DNA of 64,000 nt from positions 10,540,001-10,604,000 of the forward strand of contig NC_091291.1 of the NCBI RefSeq assembly GCF_032444005.1. The letters are read 5' to 3'. Below the pieces are notes generated by a model. The model searched no databases and had not been told where the DNA came from. It was given only the letters and a program-made list of their open reading frames with translations. Position 1 is the stretch's first letter, and the number at the start of each line of letters is the position of its first letter. Below, piece by piece: positions 1 through 13,275 of the stretch. The position numbers and the translations under genes are program-made. Source of the DNA: Ranitomeya imitator. Lineage: Eukaryota.

Positions 1-1945
1 ACATTGCCGCTTTATGTATATTACTGTGCTAACCACTGAGCGGCTTTATGTATAGTGCTGTGTTAACCACTGAGCCACATTGCCGCTTTATGTATATTAC
101 TGTGCTAACCACTGAGCGGCTTTATGTATAGTGCTGTGTTAACCACTGAGCCACATTGCTGCTTTATGTATATTACTGAATTAACCACTGAGCGGCCTTA
201 TGTATAGTGCTGTGTTAACCACTGAGCCACATTGCTGCTTTATGTATATTACTGAATTAACCACTGAGCTGCCTTATGTAAAGTGCTGTGTTAACACTGA
301 GCCACATTGCCGCTTTATGTATATTACTGTGTTAACCACTGAGCCACATTGCCGCTTTATGTATATTACTGTGCTAACCACTGAGCGGCTTTATGTATAG
401 TGCTGTGTTAACCACTGAGCCACATTGCCGCTTTATGTATATTACTGTGCTAACCACTGAGCGGCCTTATGTAAAGTGCTGTGTTAACCACTGAGCCACA
501 TTGCCGCTTTATGTATATTACTGTGCTAACCACTGAGCGGCCTTATGTATAGTGCTTGTGTTAACCACTGAGCCACATTGCTGCTTTATGTATATTACTG
601 TGCTAACCACTGAGCGGCCTTATGTATAGTGCTGTGTTAACCACTGAGCAACATTGCCGCTTTATGTATATTACTGTGCTAACCACTGAGCGGCCTTATG
701 TATAGTGCTTGTGTTAACCACTGAGCCACATTGCTGCTTTATGTATATTACTGTGCTAACCACTGAGCGGCCTTATGTATAGTGCTGTGTTAACCACTGA
801 GCAACATTGCCGCTTTATGTATATTACTGTGCTAACCACTGAGCGGCCTTATGTATAGTGCTGTGTTAACCACTGAGCCACATTGCTGCTTTATGTATAT
901 TACTGAATTAACCACTGAGCTGCCTTATGTATAGTGCTGTGTTAACCACTGAGCCACATTGCCGCTTTATGTATATTACTGTGCTAACCACTGAGCGGCT
1001 TTATGTATAGTGCTGTGTTAACCACTGAGCCACATTGCCGCTTTATGTATATTACTGTGCTAACCACTGAGCGGCTTTATGTATAGTGCTGTGTTAACCA
1101 CTGAGCCACATTGCTGCTTTATGTATATTACTGAATTAACCACTGAGCGGCCTTATGTATAGTGCTGTGTTAACCACTGAGCCACATTGCTGCTTTATGT
1201 ATATTACTGTGCTAACCACTGAGCGGCCTTATGTATAGTGCTGTGTTAACCACTGAGCAACATTGCCGCTTTATGTATATTACTGTGCTAACCACTGAGC
1301 GGCCTTATGTATAGTGCTTGTGTTAACCACTGAGCCACATTGCTGCTTTATGTATATTACTGTGCTAACCACTGAGCGGCCTTATGTATAGTGCTGTGTT
1401 AACCACTGAGCAACATTGCCGCTTTATGTACATTACTGTGCTAACCACTGAGCGGCCTTATGTATAGTGCTGTGTTAACCACTGAGCCACATTGCTGCTT
1501 TATGTATATTACTGAATTAACCACTGAGCTGCCTTATGTATAGTGCTGTGTTAACCACTGAGCAACATTGCTGCTTTATGTACATTACTGTGCTAACCAC
1601 TGAGCGGCCTTATGTATAGTGCTGTGTTAACCACTGAGCCACATTGCCGCTTTATGTATATTACTGTGCTAACCACTGAGCGGCTTTATGTATAGTGCTG
1701 TGTTAACCACTGAGCCACATTGCCGCTTTATGTATATTACTGTGCTAACCACTGAGCGGCTTTATGTATAGTGCTGTGTTAACCACTGAGCCACATTGCT
1801 GCTTTATGTATATTACTGAATTAACCACTGAGCGGCCTTATGTATAGTGCTGTGTTAACCACTGAGCCACATTGCCGCTTTATGTATATTACTGAATTAA
1901 CCACTGAGCTGCCTTATGCACAGTGCTGTGCTAACCACTGAGCCG
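1..1945. repeat. 76-bp tandem satellite (40+36-bp related subunits)
   Basis: Unit ACATTGCCGCTTTATGTATATTACTGTGCTAACCACTGAGCGGCTTTATGTATAGTGCTGTGTTAACCACTGAGCC recurs at 1, 77 and onward for about 25 copies. Both halves contain TTTATGTATA..TAACCACTGAGC. Confidence 0.95.
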
Positions 1946-2561
1946 CCATGCTGCCCTCTCTAGCTCTATTCCACACACTGCATGAAATACTGCTATTAGC
2001 CATCCTATCTATCTGAAGTTTACCACATCTGAGCGCCGGGTGCCATTACTTACCATTACGCCTTCACCTTGCAGTGACAATGTACAGTATACCCGAACTA
2101 ATATTTCCAATTTTTTTTTTTTTATAATTTGACCTAAAATGATCGGTTGTAGCTCAATATGTTTATGCAAAGGGTTAATGAAAGCAAATAAGGATCTTAT
2201 AAACTGCAAATAAACTGATACATAAATTATATTGGAAAATTGTTTCACTTATTTTATAACCTGGAAAAATCCTCTAAAATCCAAAGTAAAGAAGGTTTCC
2301 CAATGGCAGATGATGCGCTGACCTTCATCAGCTCTATTACGACATCGAGCCGTGAGCGGCCGCTAACAGGAAGAACTCGTCATGGACATTGCTGCTGTTC
2401 CGGAAGCTTCTGGATTAATGCAAACATTGAGAAGAACATAAACAATGTAAACTGTGTGATTGTTGTCCTCTGTGATGACGCAACTCCCAGATGAAGCAAC
2501 AAGTCCTCACCTAACGTTCCTCTACCGCAATCTGTGACCGTAATTCCCTATGAGCGGCTCC

Positions 2562-2615
2562 TATATAAGACGAAGCAGAGAGGCTCCTCACCACGGCCGA
2601 GCCATCTCCTGCCAG
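2562..2615 (+). promoter_or_regulatory. Putative TATA box and short non-coding first exon of TIL-A
   Basis: TATATAA at 2562-2568; donor-like CAG|GTAGGA at 2615/2616; matching acceptor TTCCCTTCCAG at 4321 just upstream of the ATG at 4345. Confidence 0.5.
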
Positions 2616-2689
2616 GTAGGACTGTGCTCCTCACATTGTCCTCTGCTTTCCCTGAGATCTGCAGCTTTCAGGCACTGAATGTCACCTCT

Positions 2690-4320
2690 GCTCCTTCACT
2701 GTCGCCCTTTTTCATTCTTCTCATTCTGCTTCAGCTTTTCTACCTGCTCTTTATTTTTTTACCTTCTCCTTTTCTCCTTCTTTTTCACTGTTTTCTTCCA
2801 TTTTTAAACATCTCTTATCTACGGTACTACTTCTCTTTCCTTTTCCTCGTCTTCTCGATTTTATTTTGTTCATTTATTCTTCTCTTTGTTTTTTTTGTGC
2901 CCGTTAATTCTTCTTTCTTTCCTGCTAACTCTTCTATTTTTCTCTTCTCTTTTCCTATCTGCTTCCAATCATTTTTCTCTTCTTTTCTTTTCAATTGTTT
3001 TCTCTCTTTTGTTATTTTTCTCCTGCCTTTCCTTTTCCGTTGTTTTCTCTTTTGTTATTTTTCTCCTGCCTTTCCTTTTCCGTTGTTTTCTCTTTTGTTA
3101 TTTTTCTCCTGCCTTTCCTTTTCCATCGTTTTCTCTCTTTTGTTATTTTTCTCCTGCCTTTCCTTTTCCATTGTTTTCTCTCTTTTGTTATTTTTCTACT
3201 GCCTTTCCTTTTCCATTGCTTTCTCTCTTTTGTTATTTTTCTCCTGCCTTTCCTTTTCCATTGTTTTCTTTCTTTTTTTATTTTTCTCCTGCCTTTCCTT
3301 TTCCATTGTTTCCTCTCTTTTGTTATTTTTCTCCTGCCTTTCCTTTTCCATTGTTTTTTCTCTTTTGTTATTTTTCTCCTGCCTTTCCTTTTCCGTTGAT
3401 TTCTCTCTTTTGCTATTTTTCTCCAGCCTTTCCTTTTTATCCTTCTTTATTTCATCCTTCTTTTTCCTTTCTTCTTTTTCATCCTCTTCCTTTTCCTTCA
3501 CTTTTCTGGTTTCGTTCTGTCTTTCTTTCACCTATGCTTAGCTCCCCTTTTCCTTTCTTCTCTTTCTTCCTCCTCTTCCTTCTTCTCCCTGTACTTCTTC
3601 TCCTCCTTCCTTTTTTGCGTCATCATTTAATACCCACTTCTCTTCCTTCCTCTTCTTCTCTTCCTCAACTTTCCCTACCTCCTAATCCTCTTTTCTGTTT
3701 CTTCTTCCTCCTCTCCCCACTACTTTTCTTTCTTGTTCTCTTCATTGATTCCCTATTTCCTTCTCCTCTCCTCCCTCTTTTTTCTCCCTTCCCTTTTTGC
3801 TCTTTCCTTTTTCTCATTTTTACTTTTTCCTCTTCTTTTTTCTCCTATTGCTTTTCATTATTACATTTTTTTTCAAACAGACTTATGTCTATCAAGTTCA
3901 ACCGGAGGATGAGATAGGATGTTTTCATTCTTCTCTTTTTCTTCCTCTTCTAATACTCTTTTTCACCCTCATTTTTAATTTTTGTTTCCTTTTCCTCATC
4001 CTCATTCCCCTCCTCTCCCTCTTCTTCCACCCTTTATCTACTCTTTAATTTTTACCTCCTCCTCTCCTTCTTCCTTTTCTTTTCCTCATTCTTGTCTTTT
4101 ACTCGTCTTCTTCTTTTTCATCTCCATTCCCATATTTTTCTCCCCCTCCTCTTGTTCTCTTTCTATTATATTCTTTTTTTCCTCCTCTTTTTTCTCATTG
4201 TTTCCCTTTATTCTTCTATTTTTCCACTTTTTTCTCCTGTTCTTCCACTCCTACTTTTCTTTATTATCCCTCCTTTTTTATTTATTAATTTTGCTTTCAA
4301 ATTCTGTATTTTCCCTTCCA
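2690..4320 (+). repeat. Pyrimidine-rich low-complexity tract (probable intron 1 of TIL-A) containing a 43-45-bp tandem repeat at about 2990-3430
   Basis: The + strand is almost entirely C/T. The unit TTTTCTCCTGCCTTTCCTTTTCCATTGTTTTCTC(TC)TTTTGTTAT is repeated. Confidence 0.85.
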
Positions 4321-4344
4321 GCTTCTGGTCTAAATCTTAAGAAC

Positions 4345-4381
4345 ATGGCTTCCAAGAACCTCCTGGGGCTGATGGTGGCAG
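4345..4381 (+). CDS. TIL-A coding exon 1: signal peptide N-half MASKNLLGLMVA
   Basis: ATG at 4345, 37 nt, phase-1 donor G|GTGAGT; acceptor at 4321 upstream. Confidence 0.85.
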
Positions 4382-4507
4382 GTGAGTCATAGAATGGCCA
4401 AATAATGCACCATTTCCATTAAGTGACCTCCCAGCCTTCCCTCATTGTGTCTCGTGTATATCAGAATTACTGTTTTGCATTAATATTATTTTTCGTGTTA
4501 TTTTCAG

Positions 4508-4546
4508 TATGTTTTTTGTGTCTGATTGAGCGGAATACAGCTACAA
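4508..4546 (+). CDS. TIL-A coding exon 2: signal peptide C-half (V)CFLCLIERNTAT
   Basis: Acceptor TTATTTTCAG|, donor A|GTAAGT, 39 nt, phase 1-1; keeps the frame into the TIL exon. Confidence 0.8.
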
Positions 4547-5326
4547 GTAAGTGATCACTATGTAATCCACCGCACCTTCTCATGAAGCCTAAGATTGAAC
4601 GTGCCCGGGACAGAATTTTGTAGCCAAACATGGTATTGAGAGTATCGTATAACTGTCCAATTATAGAAAATGATAAGACAACTGGATCATTTATGCAATG
4701 CTGACATTATAATGGACAGATCATTCTTCTACAAAACCGTAACACTCTCATAGGGGATTTGCTAAGAACTATTGGAGGTCCAACTCTAGATCGAAGGGTC
4801 TGTGGTGGCCACTGATCGAAGCTGAACCAGGACTTGTTCTGATAGCAACAACCTATCCAAGGGTCAAAGTCATCATGGAAAACCAGTTTAGAAACCGGGG
4901 AGAAATCCTCGATATCATAAAAGATTTTCTGGTTGTAAATATCTAAGGGTTTCTCAACTCTTGATTAGTTGATGTCAGCTCACGATCTCTCTGTATTTGG
5001 CTTCCGAAACTTGGGTGACCAACTGGTATTTGCGGGTGAAGGTGCCCTTAGCCATATATATCCGCTATAGGAGAACTTTGGTGCTAAATGTTGGTTATTT
5101 GTTGGATAGGCTTGGTTTTCAAGAGTAGAAGTTGGTTATGTTCCCCAGTGAATAGCAGTTGAGGCATCTAATCTATGACATACATATGCCCTAATAGGAT
5201 CGATGAAATATGGGTTGACTTCACAAGACCCATCCTATGTTTTTAACTCTTCGCCATTACTTATCTCCAGTTTTTACTGCCATTGGCTTAGTTTTGCAAA
5301 CAGTTATTGGTTTATCACTCCCCTAG

Positions 5327-5700
5327 GTATTCGATGCCCAAGAAACAGCATCTACGAGTGCAAACCCCTCTGCTACAACACTTGTGACAATCTCAATGCT
5401 ACATCTTGTAAGAAGTCCTGCACCACTCAGTGTCACTGTATAGAAGGATATGTCTATGATTCTGAAAATTACGACAACTGCGTCCCTATATCCTCCTGTA
5501 AGGTCAACTGTCCACCATACATGACTTTTGTTGAATGCACCAAGACTCCCCAGGAAACCTGCGAAACCCTGGGAATCAAATATCAGGAGGGTGAAAAATG
5601 CATGCCGCGATGTGTATGTATCCCAGACTATGTTCTGTCAAATGAAATCGAACCACGATGTGTGAAGAAGACTAAGTGCCCCCAGATTACTTTCCAATGA
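5327..5700 (+). CDS. TIL-A terminal exon: two tandem TIL domains (10-Cys and 8-Cys); secreted serine-protease-inhibitor-like protein, 149 aa spliced
   Basis: Acceptor CTCCCCTAG|. CPRNSIYECKPLCYNTC..CKKSCTTQCHCIEGYVY..NCVPISSC matches TIL spacing, and a second domain CPPYMTFVEC..RCVKKTKC follows. The three exons total 450 nt, in frame. Confidence 0.92.
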
Positions 5701-5891
5701 CACTGCCTGGTCATAAAAGGATTTATTTTGCTCATCAGCCAGAAAAAGAATTTTAAGAAACAACAGCTATCCCATCTATAGACTATTAAGTGGAATTGCA
5801 ATACCAGACCAAGCCTCTGTATACGAGTGGCACTGTTTCCGAAAAGGAGTAGACCCTTTCTTTCTAATTTATGAGACCTCCTCATCCGTTT

Positions 5892-5897
5892 AATAAA
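5892..5897 (+). terminator. Probable polyadenylation signal of TIL-A
   Basis: AATAAA about 190 nt after the stop codon. Confidence 0.55.
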
Positions 5898-6199
5898 AGA
5901 TTGTAAGCTACAATGTGAAGAATATTTTCAAAATCCTTCATTTTTTATGTAATATTTGTTTTACAAAGGTCAAATGACAATTAACAATAAACCTTTATAT
6001 AAAGATATAAAGAGTCTTCTAATGAATTAAGTAATGAAAATTAATGTGTGTGACACAGTGTTATAGATCTCATAGTGATATCCCTGAAGGCTTAACTGGG
6101 CCATTGGAGAGAGGGAGGCCAGTCCCAGTTGGTCCCGTTACATTTGTGCTTTTGATGGTACAGGACTTAAGGTAAAATGCATTGTGAGCCAATATAAGG

Positions 6200-8860
6200 G
6201 ATGGGAAAGTCCTACCCATAGAGAGATCAGCCATGGAAGGAAAAACCTCACCATAGAGAGATCAGTCCTGTAAGGAAAAGTCTTACCATAGAGAGATCAG
6301 CCATGGAAGGAAAAACCTCACCATAGAGAGATCAGTCCTAGAAGGAAAAGTCCCACCATAGAGAGATCAGTCCTGGAAGGAAAAGCCCCACCATAGAGAG
6401 ATCATCCTAGAAGGAAAAGTTCCAACCTTAGAAAGATTAGTCCTAGAAGGAAAAGCCCCACCATAGAGAGATCAGTCCTGTAAGGAAAAGCCCCACCATA
6501 GAGAGATCAGTCCTGGAAGAAAAAGCTCCACCATAGAGAGATCAGTCCTGGAAGGAAAAGCCCCACCATAGAGAGATCAGTCGTAGAAGGAAAAGTCCCA
6601 CCATAGAAAGATTAGTCCTAGAAGGAAAAGCCCCACCAGAGAGAGATCAGTCCTGTAAGGAAAAGCCCCACCATAGAGAGATCAGTCCTGGAAGAAAAAG
6701 CTCCACCATAGAGAGATCAGTCCTGGAAGGAAAAGCCCCACCATAGAGAGATCAGTCGTAGAAGGAAAAGTCCCACCATAGAAAGATTAGTCCTAGAAGG
6801 AAAAGCCCCACCAGAGAGAGATCAGTCCTAGAAGGAAAAGCCCCACCAGAGAGAGATCAGTCCTGGAAGGAAAAGCCTCACCATAGAGAGATCAGTCCTA
6901 GAAGGAAAAGCCCCACCATAGAGAGATCAGTCCAGGAAGTAAAAGCCCCATCATAGAGAGATCAGTCCTGGAACTAAAAGCCCCACCATAGAGAGATCAG
7001 TCCTGGAAGGAAAAGCCCACCATAGAGAGATCAGTCCTGGAAGAAAAAGCCCCACCATAGAGAGATCTGTCCTAGAAGGAAAAGTCCCACCATAGAGAGA
7101 TCAGTCCTGGAAGGAAAAGCCCACCATAGAGAGATCAGTCCTGAAAGGAAAAGCCCCATCATAGAGAGATCAGTCCTACAAGGAAAAGCCTCACCATAGA
7201 GAGATCAGTCCTAGAAGGAAAAGTCCCACCATAGAGAGATCAGTCCTGGAAGTAAAAGCCCCACCATAGAGAGATCAGTCCTACAAGGAAAAGTCCCACC
7301 ATAGAGAGATCAGTCCTGGAAGGAAAAGCCCACCATAGAGAGATCAGTCCTGGAAGAAAAAATCCCACCAGAGAGAGATCAGTCCTAGAAGGAAAAGTCC
7401 CACCATAGAGAGATCAGTCCTGGAAGGAAAAGCCCACCATAGAGAGATCAGTCCTGGAAGGAAAAGCCCCACCATAGTGAGATCAGTCCCAGAAGGAAAA
7501 GTCCCATCATAGTGAGATCAGTCCAGGAAGTAAAAGCCCCATCATAGAGAGATCAGTCCTGGAAGTAAAAGCCCCACCATAGAGAGATCAGTCCTAGAAG
7601 GAAAAGTCCCACCATAGAGAGATCAGTCCTGGAAGGAAAAGCCCCACCATAGTGAGATCAGTCCCAGAAGGAAAAGTCCCACCATAGAGAGATCAGTCCT
7701 GGAAGTAAAAGCCCCATCATAGAGAGATCAGTCCTGGAAGTAAAAGCCCCACCATAGAGAGATCAGTCCTAGAAGGAAAAGTCCCACCATAGAGAGATCA
7801 GTCCTAGAAGGAAAAGCCCCACCATAGAAAGATCAGTCCTGGAAGGACAAGCCGCACCATAGAGATATCAGTCCTGGAAGGAAAGTCCCATCATAGTGAG
7901 ATCAGTACTGGAAGAAAAGCCCCAATATAGAGAGATCAGTCCTACATGGAAAAGCCCCACCATAGAGAGATCAGTCCTAGAAGGAAAAGTCCCACCATAG
8001 AGAGATCAGTCCTGGAAGTAAAAGCCCCATCATAGAGAGATCAGTCCTGGAAGTAAAAGCCCCACCATAGAGAGATCAGTCCTACAAGGAAAAGTCCCAC
8101 CATAGAGAGATCAGTCCTAGAAGGAAAAGCCCCACCATAGAGAGATCAGTCCTGGAAGGAAAAGCCGCACCATAGAGATATCAGTCCTGGAAGGAAAGTC
8201 CCATCATAGTGAGATCAGTACTGGAAGAAAAGCCCCAATATAGATAGATTAGCCCTGGAAGGAAAAGCCCCAACATAGAAAGATCCGTCCTTGAAAGAAA
8301 AGCCTCTCCGTACAGCGGTGAGCCCTGGAAAGAAAACCCCACCCTAGGTACTGTAGATCTGCCCTGGAAGGAAAAGCCTAACATATAGAGATCAGTCCTC
8401 AAAGGAAAAGCCTCACCATAGAGAGATCAACCCTGGATGGAAAAGCCCCACCATAGAGAGATCAGTCCTGGGTGGAAAAGCCTCACCATAGAGAGATCAA
8501 CCCTGGATGGAAAAGCTCTGACATAGAGAGATCAGCCCTCGAAGGAAAAGCCCTAACATAAAGATAACAGCCCTGGAAGCAATAGCTCCAACCAAGAAAG
8601 ATCAGCCCTAGAAGGAAAAGCTCCACAATAGAAAGATTAGTACTGGGTAGAAAAGCCTCACCATAGAAAGATCAGCTTTGGAAGGAAAGTCCCTAGATTG
8701 AGAGATCAGCCCTGGATGGAAAAGCCCCAACACAGAGAGCTCAGTTCTGAAAGAAATGCCCCACCATAGAAAAATCAACCTTTACGGAAAAGTCTCACTG
8801 TAGAAAAATCAGCCCTTGATGGAAAATCCCCAACATAGAAAGATCAGACCCAATATCATA
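6200..8860. repeat. 35-bp minisatellite, heterogeneous block
   Basis: Unit CCCACCATAGAGAGATCAGTCCTGGAAGGAAAAGC, degenerating at both ends. Confidence 0.93.
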
Positions 8861-9174
8861 GAAAAGTTAAATTCCATAAGACATCTGGGGATGTCACTCT
8901 TACATAGAATATCTGGGACAAGAGCTTACATAAACTCTTTGAACTAGACCTCTTAGGACATACATTTGGCAGAGGGAAAATGATGTAAAGCTAGGAGGTA
9001 AGGAAAAATAATTAGGATAGGTAAAGCTAATAATTCAAGTTCCTTTTGAAGCCAGGACCGCTACAGTGACCAGGTAATAAAAGGTTTTCTATGGGAACCA
9101 GAAACCAAAATGAGGTCTGTTTGCACAGAAGTAATTTTTGTTTTCATCAAAGCATCTTTCATAGACACATAGTC

Positions 9175-10570
9175 TCTGATGGATGGAAAAACCCCACCAT
9201 AGACAGATCAGTCCTGGATGGAAAAGCCCCACCATAGACAGATCAGTCCTGGATGGAAAAGCCCCACCATAGAGAGATCAGTCCTGGATGGGAAAGCCCC
9301 ACCATAGAGAGATCAGTCCTGGATGGAAAAGCCCCACCATAGACAGATCAGTCCTGGATGGAAAAGCCCCACCATAGACAGATCAGTCCTGGATGGAAAA
9401 GCCTCACCATAGAGAGATCAGTCCTGGATGGAAAAGCCCCACCATAGAGAGATCAGTCCTGGATGTTAAAGCCGCACCATAGAGAGATCAGTCCTGGATG
9501 GAAAAGCCTCACTGTAGAGAGATCAGTCCTGGATGGAAAAGCCCCACCATAGAGAGATCAGTCCTGGATGGAAAAGCCCCACCATAGAGAGATCAGTCCT
9601 GGATGGAAAAGCCCCACCATAGACAGATCAGTCCTGGATGGAAAAGCCCCACCATAGAGAGATCAGTCCTGGATGGAAAAGCCTCACTGTAGAGAGATCA
9701 ATCCTGGATGGAACAGCCCCACCATAGAGAGATCAGTCCTGGATGGAAAAGCCCCACCATAGAGAGATCAGTCCTGGATGGAAAAGCCCCACCATAGAAA
9801 GATCAGTCCTGGATGGAAAAGCCCCACCATAGAAAGATCAGTCCTGAATAGAAAAACCCCACCATAGAGAGATCAGTCCTGGATGGAAAAGCCCCACCAT
9901 AGAGAGATCAGTCCTGGATGGAAAAGCCCCACCATAGAGAGATCAGTCCTGGATGGAAAAGCCCCACCATAGAGAGATCAGTCCTGGATGGAAAAGCCCC
10001 ACCATAGACAGATCAGTCCTGGATGGAAAAGCCCCACCATAGAGAGATCAGTCCTGAATAGAAAAACCCCACCATAGAGAGATTAGTCCTGGATGGAAAA
10101 GCCCCACCATAGAGAGATCAGTCCTGGATGGAAAAGCCCCACCATAGAGAGATCAGTCCTGGATAGAAAAACCCCACCATAGAGAGATTAGTCCTGGATG
10201 GAAAAGCCCCACCATAGAGAGATCAGTCCTGGATGGAAAAGCCCCACCATAGAGAGATCAGTCCTGGATAGAAAAACCCCACCATAGAGAGATCAGTCCT
10301 GGATGGAAAAGCCCCACCATAGAGAGATCAGTCCTGGATGGAAAAGCCCCACCATAGAGAGATCAGTCCTGGATGGAAAAGCCCCACCATAGAGAGATCA
10401 GTCCTGGATAGAAAAACCCCACCATAGAGAGATCAGTCCTGGATGGAAAAGCCCCACCATAGAGAGATCAATCCTGGATGGAAAAACCCCACCATAGAGA
10501 GATCAGTCCTGGATGGAAAAGCCCCACCATAGAGAGATCAATCCTGGATGGAAAAGCCCCACCATATAGA
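9175..10570. repeat. 35-bp minisatellite, homogeneous block of the same family
   Basis: Unit CCCCACCATAGAGAGATCAGTCCTGGATGGAAAAG in near-identical copies. Confidence 0.93.
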
Positions 10571-10628
10571 TCTGCAGTTACAGAAAGTAAATGGAAGGTG
10601 AATATCAATCCTCTTGAACGTACAAGTA

Positions 10629-10760
10629 CCTAGAAGAATTGATGCTGTTTTGAAGGCGACGGGCAGTCACACAAAATATTAATATATTGATTTACATTTC
10701 TCTTTTCTTTGTTCACTTTGCATTTTCTTAATTGATAAAAATAAACTATTTATACCTCTA
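10629..10760 (+). mobile_element. Tc1 transposase C-terminal remnant
   Basis: 10629-10682 translates PRRIDAVLKATGSHTKY*, the typical Tc1 transposase C-terminus. Confidence 0.75.
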
Positions 10761-11801
10761 TATTTGGGATCTTCTTACTTTGCAGAATTCTTTTCCCACA
10801 CCCGCCTTAGACTTTTTGGTACATGTTGGAGAAATTTTAGACCTTTCCTCCCTATAAAACAGCGCCGAGTCAATACTGTGTCTCATGATCTGCTTACGTC
10901 TAATCTTTCGACATTTCGGAAGGGTTAACATACTTGTCCCACTAACAAACATTGGATAATGGTTCATTATCTTCAATTAAAAAAAAAATGTCAAAGTCTT
11001 TTTAAAGTTTCAGAAAAAATGAGCCGTTAAAAGTTCCATTGTTCGAACAGGTGCGAGAAATAATGAAACTCGCAAACAATACAGAATGTAACAAGAGGCA
11101 AATTAACCTGCAATCAGTAATAGGAACTCACGGATAAACCTGAAATGAGGCGTCATCGTAATCAGTGCTGCCGAGAAAGTTACTGAAGGTAAGTGCAGTC
11201 CTCGCCCGTCTCTCCTGCCACCACTATGCAGGAAAGCAGGATCAATAAATGGGGATAAACTGATACATTTAATGGAATCCTCCGATTTATTTGGAAATGT
11301 ATTTAGGAAAAAAACTATCAATGATGACAGCAACGTTATTCTTTACATCACTTTTAGTTTCTTATCATTTTTTTTAATTTTTGCTATGGTTGAATAGACG
11401 TGTTTCAGGGGCCATAGATTCGTTTTGTGTTCTTGTGTTTCGATTCATTATATAACTTATGACAGTGATACATAATTATTTCCAAGCATTGCGTCGCGTC
11501 TTGTCAGGTCTAATCTGTGTTGCAATGTAATACAATATTTATTACTTTTCTAGCATCTGAAGCAATCGTTAGGCGAAGGGAATGAAAGGCTAAAGAAAAA
11601 AATGCCAAAAACAACATAACACTAAAATAATCACAACTGAGAGATCGCCTTGGTTGATACCTTTCAATAGCTAACTGAAAAGATAGTCTCTTCATAGGAA
11701 TGATTTATCTGGTATTATTAATACTAATGATGGATATGTGCAAAGTAACACTGCCTCCTCCTTAGATATAATATCTTTATAATTTGTAGGAAAAAGTAAC
11801 A

Positions 11802-11838
11802 ATGAAATGGATATTCTCTGGTTGCCTTGTAATTGTTG
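11802..11838 (+). CDS. TIL-B coding exon 1: signal peptide N-half MKWIFSGCLVIV
   Basis: Acceptor AATTTGTAG| at 11789, ATG at 11802, 37 nt (same length as TIL-A), phase-1 donor G|GTAAGA. An upstream donor AAG|GTAAGT at 11188/11189 may end a non-coding exon. Confidence 0.78.
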
Positions 11839-11889
11839 GTAAGAGAGATATTCTATATGTTCTGCTATGGTATATAATCATTGGAAAAT

Positions 11890-13220
11890 ACATTTTATCT
11901 ATTTATCTAATATCCATTCATCTATAATCTATCTATCTATTATCTATCAATTTATCTTGTATCTATCATCTATCTATTATCTATCTATCTGTTATCCATC
12001 TATTATTTGTTTATCTATCATCTATCATCTATTTATCATCTATCTATCTATTATCTATTATCAATCTATTATCTGTCTATTATCAATCTATTATCTATCT
12101 ATCTATTATATATCTATTATCTATCTATCTATTATCAATCTNNNNNNNNNNNNNNNNNNNNNNNNNNNNNNNNNNNNNNNNNNNNNNNNNNNNNNNNNNN
12201 NNNNNNNNNNNNNNNNNNNNNNNNNNNNNNNNNNNNNNNNNNNNNNNNNNNNNNNNNNNNNNNNNNNNNNNNNNNNNNNNNTTATCTATCATCTATCATC
12301 TATTTATCATCTATCTATCTATTATCTATTATCAATCTATTATCTGTCTANNNNNNNNNNNNNNNNNNNNNNNNNNNNNNNNNNNNNNNNNNNNNNNNNN
12401 NNNNNNNNNNNNNNNNNNNNNNNNNNNNNNNNNNNNNNNNNNNNNNNNNNNNNNNNNNNNNNNNNNNNNNNNNNNNNNNNNNNNNNNNNNNNNNNNNNNN
12501 NNNNNNNNNNNNNNNNNNNNNNNNNNNNNNNNNNNNNNNNNNNNNNNNNNNNNNNNNNNNNNNNNNNNNNNNNNNNNNNNNNNNNNNNNNNNNNNNNNNN
12601 NNNNNNNNNNNNNNNNNNNNNNNNNNNNNNNNNNNNNNNNNNNNNNNNNNNNNNNNNNNNNNNNNNNNNNNNNNNNNNNNNNNNNNNNNNNNNATTATCT
12701 ATGTATTACGGTATCTATCTATCTATCTATCTATCTACTATCAATCTATTATCTATCTATTATCTATCTATTATCTATCCATTATCTATCTATTATCTAT
12801 TTATTATTATCATCTATCTATTATCTATTATTTATCTATTATCCATTATCTATCTATTATCTATTATCTTTCTATCATCTATCTATTTTCTATCTATTAT
12901 CAATCTATTATCTATCTATCTATCTATCATTTATCTATTGCTATCTATTATCTATTTATTATTATCTACCTNNNNNNNNNNNNNNNNNNNNNNNNNNNNN
13001 NNNNNNNNNNNNNNNNNNNNNNNNNNNNNNNNNNNNNNNNNNNNNNNNNNNNNNNNNNNNNNNNNNNNNNNNNNNNNNNNNNNNNNNNNNNNNNNNNNNN
13101 NNNNNNNNNNNNNNNNNNNNNNNNNNNNNNNNNNNNNNNNNNNNNNNNNNNNNNNNNNNNNNNNNNNNNNNNNNNNNNNNNNNNNNNNNNNNNNNNNNNN
13201 NNNNNNNNNNNNNNNNNNGA
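11890..13220. repeat. (TATC)n-type microsatellite tract with three assembly gaps (12142-12281, 12351-12693, 12972-13218)
   Basis: ATCT/TATC runs flank N runs. Confidence 0.9.
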
Positions 13221-13242
13221 TATACAATGATTTCTCTTTCAG

Positions 13243-13275
13243 GTCTCCCCTGTGCCCTTTCTTACATTCTCTCAC
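13243..13275 (+). CDS. TIL-B coding exon 2: signal peptide C-half (G)LPCALSYILS
   Basis: Acceptor TTTCTCTTTCAG|, donor C|GTAAGA, 33 nt, phase 1-1; hydrophobic continuation of exon 1. Confidence 0.75.

Noticed and set aside
2057-2071. 14-nt minus-strand micro-exon (AG|GTGAAGGCGTAATG|GTAAGT)
   Set aside because: It is an isolated splice-like match with no partner exons that can be linked.
2534-4392. Long F/L/S-rich plus-strand ORFs and a K/E/R-rich minus-strand ORF
   Set aside because: A pyrimidine-only strand cannot easily form stop codons, so several frames are open at once. The minus frames contain stops, and only the last residues (MASKNLLGLMVA) are a real exon.
4560-5320. Possible retroviral pol remnant in the TIL-A intron and an L1 remnant near 27600-27800
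   Set aside because: Only vague motif resemblance; no catalytic motif could be identified by eye.
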